A stretch of DNA of 64,000 bases from an uncultured Candidatus Saccharibacteria bacterium (GTDB lineage: Bacteria; Patescibacteriota; Minisyncoccia; UBA6257), in the NCBI GenBank assembly GCA_964618625.1, contig CAZUBI010000001.1, positions 65,940 to 129,939 on the forward strand, written 5' to 3'. Positions 50,967-59,030 of the stretch are shown in pieces. Position 1 is the first letter of the stretch. Every line of letters begins with the position of its first letter. The notes below the pieces were generated by a model. It did no database searches. It was not told the DNA's origin and worked only from the letters and a program-made list of their open reading frames with translations. A program made the position numbers and the translations under genes.

Positions 50967-51677
50967 TTATCTTACTTTACTACCAGGTGATACTTCTCCT
51001 TCTGGGACTAATAAAACAGGCCCTTGCGAAGAATCAACTGCTAAAAGCATACCCTGACTTACATAACCCTTTATTTTTTTAGGCTCTAAATTAGCCACAA
51101 TAATAATCTTTTTGCCTTCTAATTCTTCTAAAGAATAGTCCTTAGCAATACCGGCAACTAATTGTCTTTTTTCTGTACCCAAATCAATGTGCAAAATAAG
51201 AAGCTCGTCTGCTTCTTCTATTTTTTCTGCTTTTAAAATTTTAGCTACACGTAAATCCAATTGTTCAAATTGATCAAAAGTAATCATATTTTTTTGAGAA
51301 AATGGTTTCTTGTTTTGAACTCGTTTTTGAATTTCCTCTTCATTCATACCAAAGTGATGAGCTATTTCATGCCAAACCGTTTCTTGCACAATTTCTTTAA
51401 TTCTTTCTTCATTATTATTCGTTGCTTTTTCAATGTTTTTTTGAAATAAAGTTATTTTGTCTGGCGCTGCCCTATAATAGTACCCTCTTTTAATTTGAGG
51501 AACTCCCTCGTACAAACCCAAAATAGAACCGCCAGAAGAATAGCCTAATTGTTGTCTCTGAAATTCACTTGGTTCATTTTGCGCTACAATAGCAATATTT
51601 TTTAATTTATTTAGAAACCGATAAGAGAGTTTTTTAAGGGCCTGGCTTATTAAATCTTCAAATCTTTCTTTCTCCAT
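50967..51677 (-). CDS. zincin-like metallopeptidase fused to tRNA-binding OB domain
   Basis: LGLYEG, HEIAHHFG; then LDLRVAKI...NLEPKKIKG..SQGMLLA. Confidence 0.8.
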   Translation of the reverse strand: MEKERFEDLISQALKKLSYRFLNKLKNIAIVAQNEPSEFQRQQLGYSSGGSILGLYEGVPQIKRGYYYRAAPDKITLFQKNIEKATNNNEERIKEIVQETVWHEIAHHFGMNEEEIQKRVQNKKPFSQKNMITFDQFEQLDLRVAKILKAEKIEEADELLILHIDLGTEKRQLVAGIAKDYSLEELEGKKIIIVANLEPKKIKGYVSQGMLLAVDSSQGPVLLVPEGEVSPGSKVR

Positions 51678-51679
51678 AT

Positions 51680-52078
51680 TTATGTTTCAAGATGTTTAAT
51701 AATTTCCTCAAAAATATCCGGTGGGATTGGAATTGGATCCCCTGGTTTAGTTATTCCCGGATATTTCCACGCACTAATAACTTTTATTCTACGGCCTCGC
51801 TCACTAACAAGTTGATACATTACCCAAATCTCATAAGGATGCTTTTTAGAGCCAGCCTTTTGCATTGAAGCTAAAGTTTTTGGAGCAATACCTTCTTCCA
51901 CTCTTTTGGGATTTCTTATCACCCGCTTTACCCTGCTTTCAGAAAGCATATATTGGCGCATCTTTGCTTGAGAATGTTTGGTCCAAACAAATAAACTTTC
52001 TTTATTTCGAGCGGAGCGAGAAACAAAGTTCTCGCCGAAGGCGGGGTTTTTATTCTCTTTGTACTTAATAAAATTCAT
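51680..52078 (-). CDS. hypothetical protein (DUF4258/RelE-like fold possible)
   Basis: WTKHSQAKM, EIWVMY, ISAWKYPG. Confidence 0.65.
   Translation of the reverse strand: MNFIKYKENKNPAFGENFVSRSARNKESLFVWTKHSQAKMRQYMLSESRVKRVIRNPKRVEEGIAPKTLASMQKAGSKKHPYEIWVMYQLVSERGRRIKVISAWKYPGITKPGDPIPIPPDIFEEIIKHLET
52002..52053 (+). repeat. family D element (48 bp, in frame)
   Basis: TTAT direct repeats 48 bp apart; TTATTTCGAGCGGAGCGAGAAACAAAGTTCT. Confidence 0.8.
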
Positions 52079-52335
52079 TTTATTTCAAAATCAATTAGCC
52101 CCTCGTCTTTTTCTATACTTTCTTCTATATTTTCAATATTATCCTGAAAATAATCTTTTAAGCAATTTATTAAACTTTCTATATTTTCTTCTAGTCCCTC
52201 TACTACTAAAGTAACACTTCCATCATCATTATTCTCTACCCAACCAGTTAAATTATGCTTTTTAGCTAACATCGCAACTCTAAAACGAAACCCTACACCT
52301 TGAATTTGACCATAGAAAATGATTTTTTTACGCAT
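52075..52335 (-). CDS. acyP: acylphosphatase
   Basis: GQIQGVGFR, GWVEN..DGSV; start reset to MRKKII (the upstream extension is family A copy 9). Confidence 0.92.
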   Translation of the reverse strand: MRKKIIFYGQIQGVGFRFRVAMLAKKHNLTGWVENNDDGSVTLVVEGLEENIESLINCLKDYFQDNIENIEESIEKDEGLIDFEIK

Positions 52336-52348
52336 AATACTGTCATAA

Positions 52349-52413
52349 GACGAATGGATGTTATTGAAGAAACTGTAGCGATTAGCATGTTTATGAAATA
52401 ACATCTACTCGTC
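52349..52413 (+). repeat. family A element, copy 9
   Basis: GACGAATGGATGTTATT/AATAACATCTACTCGTC arms with compensatory TTATT/AATAA change. Confidence 0.9.
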
Positions 52414-52417
52414 ATAA

Positions 52418-53431
52418 TTATCCGTGTTTAAATATTATAACATCTCCATCCTGTACTTCATACTCTTTTCCTTCTAATTGAATCCACCCTTTTTGACGGG
52501 CAGTACTCCATTTACCTGCCTCTAATAATTTTTGCCAATCAATAACTTCAGCTTTAATAAATTTATCGGCAAAATCACTGTGAATCATTCCTGCCGCTTC
52601 CTGAGCTTTAATACCTTTTTTTGCAGGCCAAGCGCGCGCCTCCTTTTCGCCTACTACAGTGAAAAAACTAATAAGCCCTAAAGTCTGATAGGCTTTTTTA
52701 ATAAGATCTAATAAATCTGGATTTGTTTCTAAATCAGCAATAATATATTCACTTTTTAATTGTTCAACAAGATTAATAACTTCTTTTGGCAAATCCTCAT
52801 CTCTGCCATTAAATAAATAGATTTGCTTTTTTGCTGTTAAAAAATCTAAATTTTTTACTGCTGAATTCTTTAATAATTCCTCGCTTAAAAAATTTACTAA
52901 AAGACTGCCCCGATTAAATAAATCCTTTATCTGATTTAATATTTCTAATTCTTTAACAATATCCTTATTCCCAGCACGAACTTCTCCTTCAGCTTTATTT
53001 ATTCTTTTTTCTACAGTTTCTAAATCTTTTAAAACCAGTTCGGTATTAACTACCTCAATATCTCTTAGAGGATCTATACTTCCTTCTATATGGACTACGG
53101 TTTCTTTTGAAAAACAACGGACCACTTGTACTATAGCATTCGTTTCGCGAATCTGAGCTAAAAATTGATTTCCTAACCCCTCTCCTTTATTAGCTCCTTT
53201 TACTAATCCTGCAATATCAAAAAATTCAATTGCAGCAGGAATTACTTTTTCTGGCCTACTTATTTGAGCTATTTTTTCCAATCTTTCATCAGCCACTGAA
53301 ACAACAGCCACATTGGGATCAATAGTGGTAAATGGATAATTAGCAATATTAACTTCTTGCTTTGTTAAAAGTTTAAAAAGGGTAGATTTTCCAACATTAG
53401 GCAAGCCAACAATTCCAATTGATAAATTCAT
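52418..53431 (-). CDS. ychF: ribosome-binding ATPase YchF
   Basis: GLPNVGKST, ANYPFTTIDPN, GEGLGNQFL, EGKEY.VQDGD. Confidence 0.96.
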   Translation of the reverse strand: MNLSIGIVGLPNVGKSTLFKLLTKQEVNIANYPFTTIDPNVAVVSVADERLEKIAQISRPEKVIPAAIEFFDIAGLVKGANKGEGLGNQFLAQIRETNAIVQVVRCFSKETVVHIEGSIDPLRDIEVVNTELVLKDLETVEKRINKAEGEVRAGNKDIVKELEILNQIKDLFNRGSLLVNFLSEELLKNSAVKNLDFLTAKKQIYLFNGRDEDLPKEVINLVEQLKSEYIIADLETNPDLLDLIKKAYQTLGLISFFTVVGEKEARAWPAKKGIKAQEAAGMIHSDFADKFIKAEVIDWQKLLEAGKWSTARQKGWIQLEGKEYEVQDGDVIIFKHG

Positions 53432-53450
53432 AATATCTTTATCTTATAAT

Positions 53451-53485
53451 AAAACAGGGCTGATAACAATATCAGCCCTGTTTTT
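53451..53485. terminator. bidirectional-type intrinsic terminator
   Basis: AAAACAGGGCTGAT-N5-ATCAGCCCTGTTTTT. Confidence 0.8.
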
Positions 53486-53503
53486 AATCAAATTTAATCT
53501 CTT

Positions 53504-54835
53504 TTATTTGAAAAGCTTTTGACCTATAAAAAGAGATACCAGAGAGATAAATAAGGAGACGGTAATAGTTTCTGGCCTTATAAATCCTAACGATACCATT
53601 AAAAAGGTATAGGATAATCCTGATAAAATACTTAATAATATTGCCTTCCTTTTTAATTTAATATACAAAGAGCCAATTATTGTTGGAGCCAAAACAAAAG
53701 TCATACTAGCTAATGATAAAGCTGCATTTATTATATTTGAATAAAATAAAGCTATAACTAAAGCTAGTGTAATAAATATGAATATTCCTAAACGAGTTAA
53801 AGTAACAAGATCTTTTTTACTAGTTTCTTCAGTTTTTAATCTTGATACAAAATCTTTAGAAAAATTAGTAGCAAGAACAAATGTTATTGTATCTATGGTA
53901 GACATAATTGCTGCAAATAAAACAACAAGCGCTAAGCCAGACAGTCCAACAGGTAATAAATATGAGATACCATAAATAAGCGCTTCTTCAGATAAAATAT
54001 TTGGAAAATTTGCTTTAGCCGCAAAACCAATCATAGATACTCCAATGCCAATAACTGGAAGAGTAATAGCTGAAATAATCAAAGATTTTTTAATTGTCTT
54101 GAAATTTTCCCCTGCGTAAATACGTTGCCACATATCCGCACCAATCGTCACAGTAATCAGTCCATATAGAAAAAATGATATGGACATAAGTCCACTTCTA
54201 AAAGGATTAAACTCTGAAATGGTAATGCCTTTTCCAGTGGATAAAAAAATAGCAATTATTAAAAGCGGTATCAAAATAATAAAATATTGAAAGATATCTG
54301 TTTTAACAACTGCTTTGAAACCTGCTGCAAGTAAATAAAGAAAAACAACTGCGGTTACGATAAAAACAGATAATACATAGCTCAAACCAATTATTTTACT
54401 TAGCAGAATGCTGCCAGCGATTACCTGAACAAGTAAGAGAATAAAAAAGGTTAATGTAATAGTAAAAGCTATTAACAAACCAACGTTTTTACCATATTTT
54501 TCGTAAAAAAAATCACTAAGGGTGTAGAATCTTTTTTCATCGGCTAATGATTTTACTTTTTTTGTTACAAAAATAAGGCATAAACAACCACAGGAAAGTC
54601 CTATAAAACCCCAAAAAGCAGAAATCCCATATAGAAAAATAGCTGTTGTAAAAACAACAATAGCGTTTCCTCCAATAAGCGAAGCCACTATCGTAGATAC
54701 CAAAGGAAATGAAGAAAGCTTTCTATTGGAGATAAGAAAACCTTCTGTAGTTTGTTTTCTTGCTGCAAATAAACCTATAAGAATAATTATTACGAAATAG
54801 GATATAATCAAAAATGTGTCGATTGTATAAGACAT
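53504..54835 (-). CDS. sodium:solute symporter family protein
   Basis: Multi-TM; GFKAVVKTDIFQ, WQRIYA, AAIMSTID. Confidence 0.9.
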   Translation of the reverse strand: MSYTIDTFLIISYFVIIILIGLFAARKQTTEGFLISNRKLSSFPLVSTIVASLIGGNAIVVFTTAIFLYGISAFWGFIGLSCGCLCLIFVTKKVKSLADEKRFYTLSDFFYEKYGKNVGLLIAFTITLTFFILLLVQVIAGSILLSKIIGLSYVLSVFIVTAVVFLYLLAAGFKAVVKTDIFQYFIILIPLLIIAIFLSTGKGITISEFNPFRSGLMSISFFLYGLITVTIGADMWQRIYAGENFKTIKKSLIISAITLPVIGIGVSMIGFAAKANFPNILSEEALIYGISYLLPVGLSGLALVVLFAAIMSTIDTITFVLATNFSKDFVSRLKTEETSKKDLVTLTRLGIFIFITLALVIALFYSNIINAALSLASMTFVLAPTIIGSLYIKLKRKAILLSILSGLSYTFLMVSLGFIRPETITVSLFISLVSLFIGQKLFK

Positions 54836-54920
54836 AATTAATAAAATAAATTGGTTCCAAAAAATTTTTATATCCCTTCTATTTTATCAAAAAATCGCCT
54901 CCTTGGCAATTGAAAAATAT

Positions 54921-54983
54921 AAAAAAATGCTGTCGCTTTTCAAGATAAATAGCAAGCTATAAATCTATCTAAACGACAGCATT
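54921..54983 (-). ncRNA. putative hairpin sRNA, family B copy 2
   Basis: AATGCTGTCG...ATAGCTTGCTAT...CGACAGCATT followed by T-tract. Confidence 0.65.
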
Positions 54984-54986
54984 CTT

Positions 54987-55014
54987 AGTATAGCAAAGAA
55001 AAATGATTTGTCAA
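54987..55014 (-). promoter_or_regulatory. sigma70 promoter of sRNA B2
   Basis: TTGACA-N16-TATACT with extended TG; DnaA-box-like TTATTCACA at 55098-55106 beyond the MITE. Confidence 0.75.
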
Positions 55015-55086
55015 TCCCCATACCAAATGAGCACATACTTCGTATCTTAGTGCCAAAGGCACTTAGTGCTCGTTATGGTGTGGGGG
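55015..55086. mobile_element. family C MITE-like element, copy 2
   Basis: TCCCCATACCA/TGGTGTGGGGG termini; TCAA duplicated on both sides. Confidence 0.8.
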
Positions 55087-55166
55087 TCAAGTCCAATTGT
55101 GAATAACTTTATGTGTAAATAAAAAGACCTGCTACATCAAATACAACAGGCCTTTTTAAAAATTAT

Positions 55167-55370
55167 CTATTCAACATCAGGAACCACTGCTTCATCTTCT
55201 AAAACTTCAGCTTCAATTACTTCATCTTCTAAAGGCAAAGTTTCATCTACAACTGCTTCAGTAGTAGTCGTTGTTTCAGGAACATCAGTTGGCGCTCCTG
55301 TACTACGAACTATCATAATAATAACCACTACTAATACTGCAAGTGCTATGATTAACCAGGTTTTATTCAT
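55167..55370 (-). CDS. small membrane-anchored acidic protein
   Basis: N-terminal TM, acidic low-complexity tail; weak terminator at 55121-55157. Confidence 0.7.
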   Translation of the reverse strand: MNKTWLIIALAVLVVVIIMIVRSTGAPTDVPETTTTTEAVVDETLPLEDEVIEAEVLEDEAVVPDVE

Positions 55371-55488
55371 ATTTTTAAAATTCCAATTATAATTATTTTA
55401 AAGTTTTTATCGACCTTTTTATTTGATTTTCTTCTACATTAAAAGTATAACAACCTTTAGCTATTAGTCAAGAACCTGAAATTACCAG

Positions 55489-55562
55489 TGCGCGTGTCTG
55501 GATTCGAACCAGAGACCTTACGAATGTGAATCGTACGCTCTAACCAACTGAGCTACACGCGC
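55489..55562 (-). tRNA. tRNA-Val(CAC)
   Basis: Cloverleaf; TACGA-TTCACAT-TCGTA anticodon arm. Confidence 0.93.
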
Positions 55563-55578
55563 ACTTTTCATTTAATTC

Positions 55579-55998
55579 TTATTTTATCTCTACTGTAGCA
55601 CCAGCTTCTTCTAATCTTTTCTTAATTTCTTCTGCTTCAGACACAGAAATATTCTCTTTTAACGCTTTTGGAGCAGCATCAACTAAATCTTTTGCTTCTT
55701 TCAGTCCCAAACCCATAATTTCCTTTATATCTTTTATTATCTGCACTTTTGCTTGACCAGCGTCTTTAAGAATTACAGAAACTGATTCTTTCTTTTCTCC
55801 AGCTACCTCTTCTTCACCGGCGCTAGTTGCGCCAGCTGAAGCTACTACTTGAGGAACAGCAGAAACACCAAATTTATCTTCCAAAGCATTAACTAAATCA
55901 ACTAACTCTATAACATTTAATTCCTCTACCTTTTTAATTATCTCCTGTAATTTTTCAGAAACTTTTTCTTCTTTCTTTTTCTCTTTTTTTTCTACCAT
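55579..55998 (-). CDS. rplL: 50S ribosomal protein L7/L12
   Basis: [32 protein letters not shown]. Confidence 0.97.
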   Translation of the reverse strand: MVEKKEKKKEEKVSEKLQEIIKKVEELNVIELVDLVNALEDKFGVSAVPQVVASAGATSAGEEEVAGEKKESVSVILKDAGQAKVQIIKDIKEIMGLGLKEAKDLVDAAPKALKENISVSEAEEIKKRLEEAGATVEIK

Positions 55999-56028
55999 GA
56001 TAATTATATTACTAAATTATTAAATAAA

Positions 56029-56547
56029 TTATTTTGTTGCTTTTATGCCCTCCAATACCACAACTAATTTCTGAATATTTCCATTTAAGGTATATAATAA
56101 TCGTTGCATTGGAGAAGCTATTGAACCAACTAATCGACCTAAAAGTATATCTTTTGATGGTATTTTTGCTAATCTTATTACTTTTTCTGCGTCTAAGAAT
56201 GCCCCGTCTGTTATTCCTCCCAAAATTTGAAATTTATCATTCTTTTTGGAAAAATTCCAAAGTACTTTAGCTGTGTTAATCGGATCATCAAAAGCAAAAT
56301 TGACCATAAAAGAATTTGCTTCGTTATTGGAAACCTCATCTTTATAGCCTTCATGAGAAAAAACGATTTTAGCTAAGTTCTTTTTTACTACTCTCGCTTT
56401 AGCATTATCTTTTTTTAATTCTTGGCGTAATTCATTCATTTCAGAAACTTTCAATCCTAAAAATTTGACAAAATAAATTGCCTTAGCTTTTTTTATCTGT
56501 TCTGATAATTCTTTAATAATTTGTTTCTTTTTTTCTTTAGAAATCAT
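56029..56547 (-). CDS. rplJ: 50S ribosomal protein L10
   Basis: GLKVSEMNELR, VVKKNL, LAKIPSK..LLGRL; start reset to MISKEKK. Confidence 0.95.
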   Translation of the reverse strand: MISKEKKKQIIKELSEQIKKAKAIYFVKFLGLKVSEMNELRQELKKDNAKARVVKKNLAKIVFSHEGYKDEVSNNEANSFMVNFAFDDPINTAKVLWNFSKKNDKFQILGGITDGAFLDAEKVIRLAKIPSKDILLGRLVGSIASPMQRLLYTLNGNIQKLVVVLEGIKATK

Positions 56548-56566
56548 AAAAAATAATAAATAATTA

Positions 56567-56656
56567 AAAATCTGTGGTTTCCCACAGATAGAATATAAAA
56601 ACATTAAATTTATTCCTTACCAGGTCTTATACGTAATTGTTGCCTGATGTCTTGGG
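56567..56656 (-). promoter_or_regulatory. L10 leader (autogenous control RNA) with terminator-like hairpin
   Basis: CCAAGACATCAGG...CCTGG; TCTGTGG-GAAA-CCACAGA-TTTTT just upstream of rplJ. Confidence 0.7.
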
Positions 56657-56786
56657 AAACTTTGGAAATTTTCCTTAAGTATACAGGATTAAACTTTTTT
56701 GTCAACTATAAAGAGTGAGTGGAGTGGGGTAATGGCAGGATATTTTATCTTATTCTTTTTAAGTTGCACTATTTATATTTCTCCTT

Positions 56787-57113
56787 TTAGAATTTTGTAA
56801 ATTTCCCAATAAATCTCTCTGCTTCATCTATCATCAAACTATTTAGGTAGAGATTTATTGATTGCATTTTCTTCAGAATCACCCCCTCCTTCAACATTGC
56901 ATTTTTTAAAAGCCTTTTTAATTTAACAACGGTTAAATCCTTGCCCTGAGCTTTTAATTTCGCAACAGATAAAACATACTTCATCTGTTGATCATCTTTT
57001 TCCTTCAGTACTTTTTCTAACACATTCTTGCTTTTAGTAATCTCTTGTCCGTATGTAGAAAAGAAGTGTTTCCTTGGTCCAGAGATTGTTCTTTTAATTT
57101 CCACGACAAACAC
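56787..57113 (-). CDS. orphan hypothetical protein
   Basis: SD AAAGGAG before GTG start; bracketed by 14-bp inverted repeats. Confidence 0.6.
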   Translation of the reverse strand: MFVVEIKRTISGPRKHFFSTYGQEITKSKNVLEKVLKEKDDQQMKYVLSVAKLKAQGKDLTVVKLKRLLKNAMLKEGVILKKMQSINLYLNSLMIDEAERFIGKFTKF

Positions 57114-57180
57114 CTCCTTTTATTTTTCCTGCCATTACCCTAATCAATAATTATAGAATAAAGTAAGATGAAGTCAAGAG

Positions 57181-57252
57181 AGCCGGAGGCGAGATTCGAA
57201 CTCGCGACTTGCTGTTTACGAAACAGCTACTCTACCACTGAGTTACCCCGGC
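57181..57252 (-). tRNA. tRNA-Thr(CGU)
   Basis: Cloverleaf; GCTGT-TTCGTAA-ACAGC; GAGTTCGAATCTC. Confidence 0.93.
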
Positions 57253-57697
57253 GTGTCATAGCCAATAAACGACCTTCTTTAACCCTTTTGCTCAAAGCTC
57301 GGTCTTTCCTGCCATTTCCCTTATTTAACCCAGCATATGTGGGAGTCAATGAGTCACAATTTGGACAAATTAAGCGAAGATTGCTTTCAATATTATTGCG
57401 CCAATTGCCATCAATATGGTCAGCAACCAATGGAACTTGTCCGGTCTTAGGATTAATCTTTGACCATCCACACAAACAACACTTATTTCCAAACTTTCTT
57501 CGTAAATATCGTTTAATATATGCTGAAACTATACCTATACTTTGTAACCCTTTCACTTCCCCAGCTTTCCATTTTTTGATATAAGACTGATATTGATATT
57601 CAATTTGGCATGCATTGCTACAATATTTATATCCCACACGTGGTGTTTCTTTACCACAACTGAGACATTTCTTTCTGGGTTTTTTAGGTATTGGCAT
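57227..57697 (-). CDS. HNH endonuclease with Zn-binding motifs
   Basis: CLSC...YCSNAC; CCLC; DHIDG...NN...NLRLICPNC; own promoter TTGACG-N17-TATACT. Confidence 0.9.
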   Translation of the reverse strand: MPIPKKPRKKCLSCGKETPRVGYKYCSNACQIEYQYQSYIKKWKAGEVKGLQSIGIVSAYIKRYLRRKFGNKCCLCGWSKINPKTGQVPLVADHIDGNWRNNIESNLRLICPNCDSLTPTYAGLNKGNGRKDRALSKRVKEGRLLAMTRRGNSVVE

Positions 57698-57762
57698 ACA
57701 TATTAAGTATATGGGATTTATCGACCAGCGTCAAGATTAGAAGTGGTTGCAGGTTGAAAAAA

Positions 57763-57790
57763 GATTGCTCTACCATTGAGCTATCCAGGC
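57763..57790 (-). pseudogene. tRNA 5'-half remnant
   Basis: GCCTGGA-TA-GCTC-AATGGTA-GAGC-A then unrelated sequence. Confidence 0.7.
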
Positions 57791-57869
57791 GTTCTTTGTA
57801 TAAATTACCAGAAATTATAAGAATTGTAAATATGCTTTATCTATGCTAAAATTCACTAAATTAAAAATT

Positions 57870-59030
57870 ATGAAAAGAATATATTTAGATTATGCTGCCA
57901 CTACTCCTGTTGACCCTCGCGTATTAAAAGCGATGCTTCCTTATTTTACAGAAAGATTTGGAAATTCTGTTTCTCTATATAGTCTCGGGCAAGAAGCAAA
58001 AAAAGCTTTAGAAAAAAGCCGTTTGATAATGGCAGAAGCTATTAATACAAAAGACAAAGAAGAAATAATTTTTACGAGCTCAGCAACAGAAAGTAATAAT
58101 CTTGCTATTAAGGGAATAGCTTTTGCCAACCAAAACAAAGGCAAACATATTATTATCTCCTCTATTGAACATAGCTGCGTTCTAAACAGCGCTGAATGGT
58201 TAGAAAAACAAGGGTTTAAAATTACAAAAATAAAAGTAAATAAATACGGTTTAATAAACCCAAAAGAAATAGAAAAAGCTATAAGAAAAGATACAATATT
58301 AGTATCAATTATTCATGCTAATAATGAGATTGGAACGATTGAACCAATTGAAAAAATAGGAAAAATCTGTGAAAAGAAAAAGATATATTTTCATACTGAC
58401 GCAGTTCAAAGTTTTGGAAAAATGCCTCTTGATGTACAGAAAATGAAAGTTGATTTACTAACTGCTTCTTCACATAAAATTTATGGGCCAAAAGGCGCGG
58501 CTTTATTATATATTAAAAAAGGAACAAAAATAGAACCATTGATTCATGGCGGAGGCCATGAATTTGGGTTAAGAGCATCAACAGTTAATGTTCCGGCAAT
58601 TGTAGGATTTGGAAAAGCAGTAGAAATCTGTGAAAAAGAAATGAAAAAAGAATCAAAAAGACAAATTAAGTTGAGAGATAGGCTAATCAATGGAGTTTTG
58701 GATAAAATACCAGATTCTCATCTTAATGGCCATTCAAAAAAACGATTGCCTAATAATGCTAATTTTTGGTTTTCTTACGTTGAAGGCGAATCTATTGTAA
58801 TAAATTTAAATTCCTATGGAATTGCCGCTTCTACTGGTTCTGCTTGTTCTTCTGAGGAATTAGAGCCTAGTCATATTCTTTTAGCATGCGGATTACGACC
58901 AGAACAGGCGCATGGTTCTTTAAGATTAACCATAGGAAGATGGACTAAAAAACAAGACATTGATTACCTGCTTGAAATACTGTCAAAAACTATAAAAAAA
59001 TTAAGAAAGATATCCCCATATGTACAATAA
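57870..59030 (+). CDS. iscS: cysteine desulfurase
   Basis: YLDYAATT, HTDAVQ, SSHKIYGPKG, STGSACS. Confidence 0.95.
   Translation: MKRIYLDYAATTPVDPRVLKAMLPYFTERFGNSVSLYSLGQEAKKALEKSRLIMAEAINTKDKEEIIFTSSATESNNLAIKGIAFANQNKGKHIIISSIEHSCVLNSAEWLEKQGFKITKIKVNKYGLINPKEIEKAIRKDTILVSIIHANNEIGTIEPIEKIGKICEKKKIYFHTDAVQSFGKMPLDVQKMKVDLLTASSHKIYGPKGAALLYIKKGTKIEPLIHGGGHEFGLRASTVNVPAIVGFGKAVEICEKEMKKESKRQIKLRDRLINGVLDKIPDSHLNGHSKKRLPNNANFWFSYVEGESIVINLNSYGIAASTGSACSSEELEPSHILLACGLRPEQAHGSLRLTIGRWTKKQDIDYLLEILSKTIKKLRKISPYVQ

Noticed and set aside
3197-52413. Family A as CRISPR repeats or integron attC sites
   Set aside because: Copies are dispersed rather than arrayed, and there are no cas genes. They lack RYYYAAC...GTTRRRY ends, flank core genes in canonical order, and the recombinase looks Xer-like rather than IntI.
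57181-57790. Group I intron in a tRNA
   Set aside because: The downstream tRNA is already complete, and only ~65 nt separate the remnant from the HNH start, too little for a ribozyme core.
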